A DNA stretch of 64,000 bases. Source: Nitrospirota bacterium (GTDB taxonomy: Bacteria > Nitrospirota > UBA9217). The stretch lies in the NCBI GenBank assembly GCA_963741205.1, contig CAVUHW010000014.1, positions 1 to 64,000 of the forward strand, written 5' to 3'. The notes beneath the pieces are model-generated. The model had not been told where the DNA came from, ran no database searches, and saw nothing but the letters and a program-made list of their open reading frames with translations. This document shows positions 10,676-20,878 of the stretch, piece after piece (positions within the stretch are counted from its first letter, which is position 1; each line of letters starts with the position of its first letter). The position numbers and the translations under genes were made by a program.

Positions 10676-12023
10676 TTAGTTCTTTTTCTTCGCCAGTTCC
10701 TTTTTGGCTTTTTTCACCCACTGGACCATGGGCCGGTTGGCTGGGCAGACGAAGGTGCAGGAACCGCATTCAAAACAGTCCATGAGGTTGTAGTCCTTGG
10801 CGTCCTGGTAATGCCCCTTCTCGATGTAGAGTCCGATGTAGGAGGGCTGGAGTTTCATGGGGCAGGCGTCGATGCACCGGCCGCAGCGGATGCAGGGTCC
10901 GTAGGATCCGGTGCTCACCTCGTTCTTCGGGAGGACCGTGATGCCGGAGGTGCCCTTGATCACCGGCACGTCGAGCGTGTACTGACTCATACCCATCATG
11001 GGTCCGCCGGAGATCACCTTCGCCGCCGTGTCGGTGAGGCCGCCCGCTTCCTCGATGAGCTGCGAGAAGGGCGTGCCGATGCGGGCCAGGAAGTTTTTGG
11101 GCTCCTTGACGCCCCTGCCGGTCACGGTCACGTAGCGTTCGATGAGCGGCCTGCCGAAACGCACCGCTTCGTAGATGGCCTCGGCCGTGCCCACGTTCTG
11201 CACCACCACGCCGACATCCATGGGCAGTCCGCCCGCGGGCACCGTTCTGCCGGCGATGGCCTTGATGAGCATCTTTTCCGCGCCCTGCGGATACTTTACT
11301 TTGACGGGCCACACCTTGATCTCGGGTGAACCCGCGGCTGCCTTGGTCATGGCCTCGACGGCATCGGGCTTGTTCGACTCGATGCCGATATAGCCCTTGC
11401 TCACATTCAGGATCCGCATGAGGATCTTGAGGCCCTCGACGATTTCCTTCGGACTTCTCGAGCATGAGCCGGTGGTCCGACGTGAGGTAGGGTTCGCACT
11501 CGGCTCCGTTCAGGATCACGACGTCGATGGGCTTCTCCTTCGGAGGAGAGAGCTTGACATGCGTGGGGAACGTCGCCCCTCCCATGCCCACGATGCCTGC
11601 GTCGGCAACCAACTTCTTGAGTTCGTCGGGGGAGAGCGTCATGTAATCGGAAGTTTCCTTGAGGCCTGCGACCCACTCATCCATACCGTCGTTCTCGATA
11701 ACGATCGAGGGGAGGTCCGCGCCGAGAATATGCGGGAAATTCCCAAGGGCGACCACTTTCCCGGAGATTGAGGCGTGGACGGGAGCGGAGACGAACCCGG
11801 TGGTTTCTCCGATCTTCTCTCCCTTTTTCACTTCCTGTCCGATGACGACGAGGGCCTTGGTGGGTGCTCCGATGTGCTGGCTTAGGGGGATGACTGCTCT
11901 TTTGGGGATGGCTGCGGAAACGGTCGGTTTGTGTGCCGTAAGCTGCTTGTTATCAGCAGGATGCACACCTCCGCTGAATGTGTCCTTTGCTTGTACGGTC
12001 GTGGCTTCCATAGTCTGTTTCAC
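10676..12023 (-). CDS. rnfC: Rnf complex subunit C (one frameshift near 11445)
   Basis: GGVHP, AGIVGMGGATFPT, NGAECEPYLTSD, KYPQGAEK, CIRCGRCIDACP, CFECGSCTFVCP across two overlapping ORFs. Confidence 0.93.
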
Positions 12024-12344
12024 CTGCCGTTTTATGTAATGAACGCGGGAACTACAGCTTGAGTATTTCTAAAAACCGCAACGTTTATAACAGAAAGGGG
12101 GGCGATGTGTCAAGCGAATTTTTCCCGCTTTTCTATTGGCTATAACCCTGTTTGTTTCAAATCGAAACATCGGTCCGGGGATTACTGCTCTTTGGGGGGT
12201 CTTGCACACAGTCGGGATAGTCTAAAAGAGCGCTAAACTCAACGGACGGCCCGGATCAGCAAGAAGCCAATACATATTAAGGTAGGTACTTGCCTTCCGG
12301 GCTTTCCGTGTTCGCTAAACCTGCCCTTAGAGACGGGGAAAACG

Positions 12345-12569
12345 CTACGCTACCTGAACAACTTCCTTCACTTCAGGAACATGCTCCTTGAGATACTTCT
12401 CCACACCCATCTTAAGCGTCATCGTCGACATGGGGCAGGAGCCGCAGGCGCCTTTGAGACGCACCTTCACGGTGCCGTTTTCTTCAACGCTTACGAGTTC
12501 AATGTCTCCGCCGTCACGCTGGAGCATCGGCCGTACCTGTTTGAGCGCTTCTAAGACTTTTTCTTTCAT
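12345..12569 (-). CDS. NifU/NfuA C-terminal domain Fe-S carrier
   Basis: [24 protein letters not shown]. Confidence 0.92.
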   Translation of the reverse strand: MKEKVLEALKQVRPMLQRDGGDIELVSVEENGTVKVRLKGACGSCPMSTMTLKMGVEKYLKEHVPEVKEVVQVA

Positions 12570-12903
12570 GGCGAAATCTCCTATTGAATAGACCAAGAGT
12601 AAGGATATTTAACGGCTCTATTATACACCTTTTTACTCCTCTTAAACAGGAGTTTTTATAATACAGGAGGCGGCGATTCACCTGTCAGCTAAAGGGGACA
12701 GTCCCTGTGCCGTATAATCTATGGATTATATATTGCCTTATGACACGAGATTTGCTACAGTTAGCATGCCGTGTTGCTCCTAAACTGCATCTGTGATATC
12801 AAGTGGTTCGATAGTCTCTTACTCATGATAGAGTAACAACCTCACGATGTATGAAAGTACGGTATGACATTGCCGTAGCGGCAATGTCTGCTCGTCAACC
12901 ACG

Positions 12904-13275
12904 ATGAACTTCCTTATTATTGGCATAGGCGGGTTTCTCGGCGCATGCACGCGATATGGTGTCGGGCTTTGGATCGGCCAGCGCTGGGGCAGAAGCTTTC
13001 CCTTGGGGACCTTCGTTATCAACGTCACCGGAAGCTTTTTGATCGGCCTTCTCATGACGCTCATGACGGAGAGGATCATTGAAAACCCGCAATGGAGGCT
13101 CCTGCTCGTCATTGGTTTTCTCGGGGCCTACACGACGTTCTCCACCTTTGAATACGAAACCGGCGCGCTCCTCAAAGACGGCGAGTGGCTCTTCGCCGGC
13201 CTGAACGTGGTCTTGAGCGTGGTCGCGGGATTTGTGGCGTTGAAACTGGGCGAAGTGATCGCAAAAAGCATATAG
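12904..13275 (+). CDS. crcB: Fluoride efflux channel CrcB/FluC
   Basis: GGFLGACTRY, FPLGTFVIN, GFLGAYTTFSTF. Confidence 0.95.
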   Translation: MNFLIIGIGGFLGACTRYGVGLWIGQRWGRSFPLGTFVINVTGSFLIGLLMTLMTERIIENPQWRLLLVIGFLGAYTTFSTFEYETGALLKDGEWLFAGLNVVLSVVAGFVALKLGEVIAKSI

Positions 13276-13316
13276 CTTATGAGCCTGCAAGCCGCAAGCT
13301 TGCAAGCTGACAAGCG
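13273..13316. repeat. Heptamer tandem repeat (GCAAGCn)
   Basis: gcctgcaagccgcaagcttgcaagctgacaagc. Confidence 0.55.
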
Positions 13317-13332
13317 GAAACGAGGTAAGGGA

Positions 13333-13665
13333 ATGGTCAAAAGCGGACCCGCAAAAAAGCTTACCATCTATATCGACGAAGCGGACAAGTTCCACGGCAA
13401 ACCGGTCTACGAGGTCCTCCTGGATATCTTCTACAAAAGGAAGATCGCCGGCGCAAGCGTGTTTCGCGGCATCGAGGGCTACGGCAGCGACGGCGTATTT
13501 CACACCGCAAAGATACTCGAACTCTCCACGGCCCTTCCGGTGAAGATCGAGGTCGTGGACTCGGAAGAAATGATCAGCGACGTCCTGGACGACATTACCT
13601 CGATCGTCGAAAAGGGGCTCATCGAGGTGAGCGACACGAACGTCATCAAGTGCTGCGTGCGGTAA
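13333..13665 (+). CDS. DUF190 family (PII-like) protein
   Basis: KLTIYIDEADKFHGKPVYE, IAGASVFRGIEGYG, LPVKIEVVD; usual crcB neighbour. Confidence 0.88.
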   Translation: MVKSGPAKKLTIYIDEADKFHGKPVYEVLLDIFYKRKIAGASVFRGIEGYGSDGVFHTAKILELSTALPVKIEVVDSEEMISDVLDDITSIVEKGLIEVSDTNVIKCCVR

Positions 13666-13774
13666 TGCTTCTGGTACGATGCGGGAAGCCGGATGCTGGA
13701 TAACATCACAGAAAAACAAGAAAGCGCAGTAATCATGGAATGGCTTGACCGGCATCCAGTATCCCCAATAATAA

Positions 13775-14371
13775 ATGACTATCCAGTCCCTCGACACCCA
13801 GCTCCTTCTCTTTATCAACCATGGCATGGAGAACGCCGCCCTCGATATTCTGATGCCTGCTCTCTCGCTGCGCGGATATCTGCTGATCATCCCCTATCTC
13901 CTCGCCATGCTCCTCATAAGCGCGAACAAGAAAAACCAGGAGGGCAAAAACTTACTCGCCATTGCGGTCTGGACCCTTGTGATCGCCTACTGCGCCCAGT
14001 ATCTGGCCGGATGGGCGGAAGAGGTAATGAAGGTCGCGGTCGCCCGGGAAAGGCCTTGCCGCGCGATCGAGCACATCAGGCTCATCCTTCCCTGTCCCAA
14101 GTCCTTCTCCATGCCCTCGGGCCACGCGATCACTTCTTTTGCCTTTGCAACCCCCCTCTTTTACCTTACCCGTGCGTACATCGCGTTCATATGGCGTATG
14201 TATCCCGTGATTCTGGCGTCGCTCATCGCCTTTTCCAGGCTGTACCTGGGTGTCCACTATCCAACGGATGTTCTGGCAGGGGCATTTCTGGGGGTGCTTA
14301 TAGGGATGGCGCTGTCAATACTGTATCAGGTTATTGCAACTGAAGAGATTGTAAGGCGAAGAAAACCTTGA
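13775..14371 (+). CDS. PAP2 family phosphatase
   Basis: KxxxxRxRP, SMPSGH, SRLYLGVHYPTDV. Confidence 0.9.
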   Translation: MTIQSLDTQLLLFINHGMENAALDILMPALSLRGYLLIIPYLLAMLLISANKKNQEGKNLLAIAVWTLVIAYCAQYLAGWAEEVMKVAVARERPCRAIEHIRLILPCPKSFSMPSGHAITSFAFATPLFYLTRAYIAFIWRMYPVILASLIAFSRLYLGVHYPTDVLAGAFLGVLIGMALSILYQVIATEEIVRRRKP

Positions 14372-14413
14372 GTGGGGGATAAGGTGTTATTTCACTCTGA
14401 ACTCTTAATTGTC

Positions 14414-15058
14414 TTACTCTTTCCACCCGTGGTTGCCGATGAGCGGAACGAAGGTGCAGGGGATGCTCCGCTCCGTTACCGCCCCTGAGGGTGACTTGAC
14501 TATCGTCAGAAGGACCTGGCCATAGCGCTCCCCCACGGGGATCACCATCCTGCCGCCTTCCCTGAGCTGGTCAACGAGTGGGGCGGGCACATCCGGCGCG
14601 CCCGCCGTTACCATGATAGCATCAAAGGGCGCCATCTCCTTCCACCCGTAGGTCCCGTCATAGACCTTGATCGCAACGCTCCGGTAGCCGAGCCGGTCCA
14701 GGTTCGCCCGGGCCCGTTCGGCGAGCAGCTTTATACGCTCTACCGAATAGACCTTTTCGCATAGTTCGGACAGGACCGCTGCCTGGTAACCCGAACCGGT
14801 CCCGATCTCGAGAACCCTTTCTGACCCTTGGAGGCCGAGTATCTCTGACATGAGCGCCACCATGTAGGGCTGGGACATGGTCTGTCCCTCGCCCAGCGGC
14901 AGCGCGCTGTCCTGATACGCCATGCCGCGGATGGCCTCGGGAAGAAACTCATGCCGGGGAACCTTGCGCATTGCGGCGAGAACGCGTTCGTCCTTTACTC
15001 CCCTACACAGGACCTGCTCTTCCACCATGCGGCCGCGTTCTTTTTCGTAATTGATCAC
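14414..15058 (-). CDS. pcm: Protein-L-isoaspartate O-methyltransferase
   Basis: VPRHEF, GQTMSQPY, VLEIGTGSGYQAA, APFDAI. Confidence 0.95.
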   Translation of the reverse strand: MINYEKERGRMVEEQVLCRGVKDERVLAAMRKVPRHEFLPEAIRGMAYQDSALPLGEGQTMSQPYMVALMSEILGLQGSERVLEIGTGSGYQAAVLSELCEKVYSVERIKLLAERARANLDRLGYRSVAIKVYDGTYGWKEMAPFDAIMVTAGAPDVPAPLVDQLREGGRMVIPVGERYGQVLLTIVKSPSGAVTERSIPCTFVPLIGNHGWKE

Positions 15059-15828
15059 TCGCCCCTCCGGTGGGCAGAAGCTTCATAGGCCATCGTTTCC
15101 ATGGAACGCAGCCGTTCAAAGGAAGAGTAGTCCGTCATATCGAGGTGAAGCGGTGTGATAGACACGAATTTCCGGTCAACGGCATCAAGGTCCGTTCCCT
15201 CTTCCCGTTCCCAGTCCGGCTCTCCGCCTCCGATCCAGTAATACTTCTTCCCGCGCGGGTCCACGCGTTCCACCGTCATCTGGTGGTAGATTCGCTTGCC
15301 AAGCCTGGTGATGCGCGTGCCCTGGATCTCTGTCACCGGAAGGTTGGGGACATTGATATTAAGGAGCGTGCCTTCCGGGAGTCCCGCTGTCAGCACCTGA
15401 CTCGCGGTCCGAAGCGCAACCTCGGCTGCTTCGGCAAAAAGGAAATTCTCACGCGCGGACAGCGATATGGCAAAGGAAGGGATGCCCAGCAGGATACCTT
15501 CGATCGCTCCGGCGACGGTGCCCGAATAGGTGACGTCGTCTCCCAGGTTCGGCCCCTTGTTGATGCCGGAAACGACGAGCCGGGGCGTTTCCGCGAGGAG
15601 GCCTTTGACCGCGATGTTCACGCAGTCCGTGGGCGTGCCGTTGACACTGTAGACCGACTCCCTCACCTCTTCGATCAGCAGCGGCCGATGGAGTGTCATG
15701 GAATGGCCTGCCGCGCTCCTCTCCCGGTCCGGCGCAACGATCACCACGCCGTCCAGCTCGCGAAGTCTTTTTGCCAGGATCTGGATTCCCGGCGAATACA
15801 CCCCGTCGTCATTGGTTATAAGGATCAT
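15055..15828 (-). CDS. surE: 5'/3'-nucleotidase SurE
   Basis: ILITNDDG, GTPTDCV, SGINKGPNLG, YSGTVAGA. Confidence 0.95.
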   Translation of the reverse strand: MILITNDDGVYSPGIQILAKRLRELDGVVIVAPDRERSAAGHSMTLHRPLLIEEVRESVYSVNGTPTDCVNIAVKGLLAETPRLVVSGINKGPNLGDDVTYSGTVAGAIEGILLGIPSFAISLSARENFLFAEAAEVALRTASQVLTAGLPEGTLLNINVPNLPVTEIQGTRITRLGKRIYHQMTVERVDPRGKKYYWIGGGEPDWEREEGTDLDAVDRKFVSITPLHLDMTDYSSFERLRSMETMAYEASAHRRGE

Positions 15829-16216
15829 AGAAACAATCTCCTTCGCTGAGTCCACCAATTCATCGGTTGTCCGCTGCAACGCGGCATTGTATATCAGATC
15901 CGGGAGGTTTGCAAAGGGTTTTTACAAAACTGTCAACCAGGTCGGCCCTTCCTTTTTCTCTTTGATAGAATAAGCCTCTTCCCTAGGCGATCGCCCGTTC
16001 TGCTGCGTTTTGTAAACGCATCCATCTACCATCTCTCAAATGAGAAGAAGTTTGCAAACAATCATAGATCACTCTTACTTTAGTAATATAAAAATTAATG
16101 CATAAATCGTTCCATGACAACAGTAAAATGAATTGACATGCGTGATATAATAGTTACAGGATGATTTTAATCCTATTTACGTTGTACAGAAAGAATTAAG
16201 AAAAGAGGTGGCTAAA

Positions 16217-16672
16217 ATGAAAAAGATAATGTTTCTTTCAATGATGATGGTAGTTGCCCTCGCCGTCGGGTCGGCATACGCGGATGGGAGCGCAACTTGG
16301 GCCTTAACTCAAAGCGGCAACGAGCCGAACAACGGCATCACGGTCTTCAGCGTAGCTCCGGTTGATTTTGACAGTCTTCCCATTGGAGCGGTTGAAATGA
16401 GTAGCTCATACGAAGAAGGTGCAGCGGCAGGGGGCTGGCGTGAGGAAGAAGCTGTAATGGAGCCGTATAATGGCGTCACCATTTTCAACGCAAGTGCGGC
16501 TGATTTCGACACACTGCCGATGTTAGCAGGTGCGACGAGTGCCTATGAAGAAAGTGCGGCCGCGGGCGGATTACGTGAAGAAGAATCAGGGACGGAACTG
16601 CATAACGGCATTACAATTTTCACCACCGACCCAGCAGTATATGACGTTATTCCGACCGGCGCAGGCTGGTAG
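16217..16672 (+). CDS. Secreted acidic protein with 2.5 internal ~45-aa repeats
   Basis: Signal peptide ending AYA; ExxNG(I/V)TxF three times, YEExAAAGGxREEE twice. Confidence 0.75.
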   Translation: MKKIMFLSMMMVVALAVGSAYADGSATWALTQSGNEPNNGITVFSVAPVDFDSLPIGAVEMSSSYEEGAAAGGWREEEAVMEPYNGVTIFNASAADFDTLPMLAGATSAYEESAAAGGLREEESGTELHNGITIFTTDPAVYDVIPTGAGW

Positions 16673-16740
16673 ATCAAGCCCCCGGCAGGCAGCAGTAAAG
16701 GAGATAGCAAACAATTAAAGAAATAAGGTAAATCAACTCA

Positions 16741-16773
16741 CAAAAAGCAGGCTGATCTTAAGCCTGCTTTTTG
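16741..16773. terminator. Rho-independent terminator (bidirectional)
   Basis: caaaaagcaggct-gatctta-agcctgctttttg. Confidence 0.8.
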
Positions 16774-17220
16774 TATTTCGAGCCCCTGGTGAGGATGCTC
16801 CCTTACGTCAATCCCGAAATGGCATGTTTGCGCGCAACTTCCTTAAGGGAACATCTCGTTCCTGTCTGAAGGTCATGACCATTAACAGCACCTGGCAGCG
16901 CCCCAAACGAACAGTTAGTAGCTTATTTTTGCAAATTTTTACATTATTTTTCATATTTTTCCCGACATTTTCACGACATATAAATATATTTGCCTTTCAT
17001 TTATTCTCCAGCATGCAGAAGGCAGCAAAATACGCTATACTGTTAATTACTCGGGTTCCGTTACAGTAACCTCATCTCGATGATAAGTTAGGATGATAAG
17101 TTAAGCCCGTGCTTAGTTCATCCAGTATATCTATATCACGCGTCCGGTTCTCATCTAGAGATTCATAAATCCAGAAACTTCGCGAGGTATTGTCGCCGAG
17201 AACAGTGCTTATTGTAACCT

Positions 17221-19027
17221 ATGCTGAAAAGGATATTTGTCTGGATCTTCATAAGTCTCCTTATTTTATTAGCCTGTCTCGGCGCGATGAGCTATCTGCG
17301 CGTTCAGGAAAGTATCGAAAAAGCCCATGAAGAGAGGTTGGCGGCTGCGGAAATGGTAGCAAGCAATATCGACCATATGCTTGAAAACAATTTGGCGCGT
17401 CTTTATGATATATCACTTTCCGGCAAAATAGATTTCGAGGACGGCGACTGGGGACCGGAACAGGAGGCGCTGAAAAATGCTTACGAATATTCCATTTTCA
17501 CGGACGGAATTTTTCTCCTCGACCGTCAAGGAAGCATCGTACAGATGTACCCCTACCAGGCGAGCGGCATGATCAATTTGATGAACATTCCCGCTGTGAA
17601 TAAGGCCCTCTCGGAGATGAAACCGGTGATCTCAAACATGTACACGATGGAGCCTATCAAAAAAAAGGTCATGCTCGCCATCGTTCCCCTGAAAAACCGG
17701 TCGGGAGATATCGTAGGCGCGGCAGGGGGGGAAATCAACCCCGCCAATCATCTGATCGCCCAATCGATAACGGCTGCCCCGCTCAAAAAAAACATCGATA
17801 TCGAGCTCGTCGATAATCAAGGATTCGTCATTGCGTCAAACAATCAAGGCAGGGTGTCCACCCCTATTGACCATAATAACTTTTTTGCCACTCACATCGC
17901 GGAGAAGAAAAGTTATATCGGGACATGCCACCGATGCCATGAAGGAGGAGACAATTTCGACAAAAAAACTATCGATATTATCGTGCTGGCTCCTCTGGTG
18001 AATGCGCCGTGGGCGGTATCCATGAAAGAACCCGAGAAAAGCGTCTTGACGCCGACGGCACGGCTAAAAAATGACTTCCTGTTTCTTGCATTTATTGCCC
18101 TTGCAATGGCATTCTTACTTGCCCTGGGCATGACCAGGAGAATTGTAAGACCCATCCAGGCGCTCATCGGGGCGGCCCAGCGAATCGGGAAGGGTAACCT
18201 GTCAGAGCCGGTAGCGATCCAGAGCAACGACGAGATCGGAACCCTGGCACTGAGTTTAGATGAAACACGGATGCAACTTGCGGCCTCGCTGGGGAGCATC
18301 CAGAGGTATAACGAGGACCTGGAAAGACGCGTCTCTGAGCAGTACGCAGCTCCTGGAGGAAAAACAGTTTGCCATCAAAACCCTGCTGAAAAAAGTAATC
18401 ACCAGCCAGGAGGATGAACGCAAGAGGATTGCGCGGGAACTGCACGACGAGTCGCTCCAGGCCCTTTCGGTCATATTGATGGATGTCGGAGTATGCAAAC
18501 TCCGTCCGGACCTGGTTAATGCGACAAAAGTTGTGGCAATTTACGACAATATCACCCGGATCATCAATGACATGAACCTTCTGGTTCAGAACCTCAGACC
18601 GACCGTACTCGACGATCTCGGTTTCGAAGCGGCGATTGTCTGGATCCTCGATCGCACTCTCCAAGACAGGGGGATCAAGTGCCGACTGAATAGGTGTGGT
18701 CTCTCCGTACGGCAGTTCACGTCGGAATTTCAGATAACTGTTTTTCGAATCGTGCAGGAAATATCCATGAACATCGCCCGGCATTCGAATGCACGGAATG
18801 TTTTTGTTGATATGAGGGCCAGTGAAAAACCGTTTTCGTTGAGCATTGAAGATGATGGGGATGGCTTCGATCCCGTATCGGTGAAAAAAGATACCAAGAA
18901 CGGGAGAGGGCTCGGGATTCTTGGGATGAAGGAACGGGCCGCACTGTTGAGGGGACGTCTTACCGTATGTTCGTCGCCGGATGCGGGAACGATGGTCCTC
19001 CTCACAATACCCTTAAGGGAGGCATAA
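17221..19027 (+). CDS. Membrane sensor histidine kinase (Cache-like, CxxCH, HAMP, HisKA_3); frameshift near 18345
   Basis: Two TM helices, periplasmic CHRCH, HAMP DEIGTLA, ERKRIARELHD, IEDDGDGF, GLGILGMKER. Confidence 0.87.
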
Positions 19028-19699
19028 ATGTCCACGAAAATCAAAATTCTTATCGCCGATGATCATACCCTTGTACGGGCGGGCCTCGCGGCATTCCTCA
19101 AAATATCGGATGACTTCGAGGTCGTGGGAGAGGCTGCGGACGGCATGGAGGCCATTGAGGCGGCCCGGAAGCTCAAACCGCATGTTATTCTCATGGATGT
19201 CGCCATGCCGAAACTCGGCGGACTGGAGGCGACAGTAGAGATAAAAAAAGTTAACCCCGATATCAAGATCCTCGTCCTTACGCAATACGACGACACGCTG
19301 TACGTTCGGCGGTTTCTCAAGGCGGGCGCATCGGGATATATCCTAAAAAAAGCCGTAACCCCCGACCTTATCGCGGCGATCAACGCTATTGCCAACGGGG
19401 AAATGTATCTCCATTCCGCGGTAGCCTCCAGCGTCGTGGAAGCATATCTCGGCGGACAAAAAGGCGAACACGCGGAAGATCCCTATGAAAGGCTTTCGGA
19501 CCGCGAGAAAGGGGTCCTGAAACTGATTGCTGAAGGGTATACCCATAAGGAAATAGCCGATATCCTTAATGTCTCCGTAAGGACCACCGTGGCCCATCAG
19601 GAAAATATCAGCGCGAAACTCGGACTCCACTCCCGCTTTGATATCATCAAATTCGCCATCAAACAGGATATTGTTAAAATAGAGCGGGGACAAGCCTGA
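19028..19699 (+). CDS. NarL/LuxR-family response regulator
   Basis: ILIADDH, LMDVAMP, GASGYILK, LSDREKGVLKLIAEG HTH. Confidence 0.93.
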   Translation: MSTKIKILIADDHTLVRAGLAAFLKISDDFEVVGEAADGMEAIEAARKLKPHVILMDVAMPKLGGLEATVEIKKVNPDIKILVLTQYDDTLYVRRFLKAGASGYILKKAVTPDLIAAINAIANGEMYLHSAVASSVVEAYLGGQKGEHAEDPYERLSDREKGVLKLIAEGYTHKEIADILNVSVRTTVAHQENISAKLGLHSRFDIIKFAIKQDIVKIERGQA

Positions 19700-19906
19700 A
19701 CCCGACCTGCATTTCTTCGGGAAATAGAGCCGAGCTTGCCGTATGATTGCGCGGTTGGAGTCATAAGCCGCCGAAAGCCCAGGCACACGAAGCTCTCACA
19801 TAGGGTTGTCTCCCTTGTCACTCCCCTGCTTTCTCATGAAACAGTCTCGGCATGACGCCCCGGCTGTTCATGTACTCCTGCCCCGCGAACCGCGCGTACG
19901 ACCCGA

Positions 19907-20860
19907 CTACTTTTGACACACGGCAATTTTACCGCAATATCCGACTTCTTCGCTCGACGTACAAAATAGATCAGGTTGTACTTTTATAGCCCGGACCGCA
20001 GGACCATGCGTGGATGCTCCTCGTTCTCCTCCGCAAAGCGGAGGAGAACCGTGATATCGGTAAATCCGGACTGGGCGTAGCAACCGCAGGGCGTCATGGA
20101 TGGACGCGTCCGTCTGAAGGCTCTGCCGCCGGGATATTGCATGTCTTTTATTGGCCTGTTTGAGCAGCTCTTCCAGACTTACGCCTTCAATCGATGCCAG
20201 CTCAATGGGATGCTCGTGAAGCATTCGCTCCCGCGATATCTTGCCGGTGAAAATAGCCGTATCCAGCGGATAAACTTCCGGGCTGAATATCGAATTATAC
20301 ACATGCCAGATAACGATTACCAGGAACGCAAGCATGGCCTCATTCGAATGTGCGGCTTTGGATGCGGGAATCAGCTCGCCGGGAAGAAAATGGGTGGAAA
20401 AAACCGGAAACCAGAGCATAAAACCCGTGGCGACCATGAGGAATCCGCCGACTACAACACCCCAATACTCAAATTTTTGCCGGTAATCATACCGGTCGCA
20501 CCGGGCGGTATGTTCGGCAAGATTAAAGTAATAGAGAATATTCACCATTGCATCCTGATAATCCTTTAAATTAACAACCATCGATGGCTGCCATCTTCTG
20601 AACATAATTCCGAAGGCGCCCTGGAAACAGTGGACAGCCAGCAGGACGGTGAAAAGAAGGGCTGAATAATGGTGGATCAATCTCACCGTATCGACACCCC
20701 CCAGGGTGATAATGAGCCACTGGGAAAACGCCGAAGCATGGAACTTTTGGGACAAGCCGGTTATCACGAGAATCGCAAAGACAATCGCATTCACGTGGTG
20801 TTCAACAATGCGGTAAGCGCTGAAACGTTTGATATAGGTGCTATTATCGGTTTTCATCAT
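19907..20860 (-). CDS. FdnI/CbcB-like di-heme cytochrome b (C-terminal tail uncertain)
   Basis: RFSAYRIVEH, ITGLSQKF, RLIHH, RYDYRQKFEYW, AHSNEAML, WHVY, MLHEHP. Confidence 0.82.
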   Translation of the reverse strand: MMKTDNSTYIKRFSAYRIVEHHVNAIVFAILVITGLSQKFHASAFSQWLIITLGGVDTVRLIHHYSALLFTVLLAVHCFQGAFGIMFRRWQPSMVVNLKDYQDAMVNILYYFNLAEHTARCDRYDYRQKFEYWGVVVGGFLMVATGFMLWFPVFSTHFLPGELIPASKAAHSNEAMLAFLVIVIWHVYNSIFSPEVYPLDTAIFTGKISRERMLHEHPIELASIEGVSLEELLKQANKRHAISRRQSLQTDASIHDALRLLRPVRIYRYHGSPPLCGGERGASTHGPAVRAIKVQPDLFCTSSEEVGYCGKIAVCQK

Positions 20861-20878
20861 AAACCTCCTTGCCTATGT

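Noticed and set aside
12600-12903. Fluoride riboswitch upstream of crcB
   Set aside because: Could not find the GGnGATG...CC...AAC...ATGAC pseudoknot consensus.
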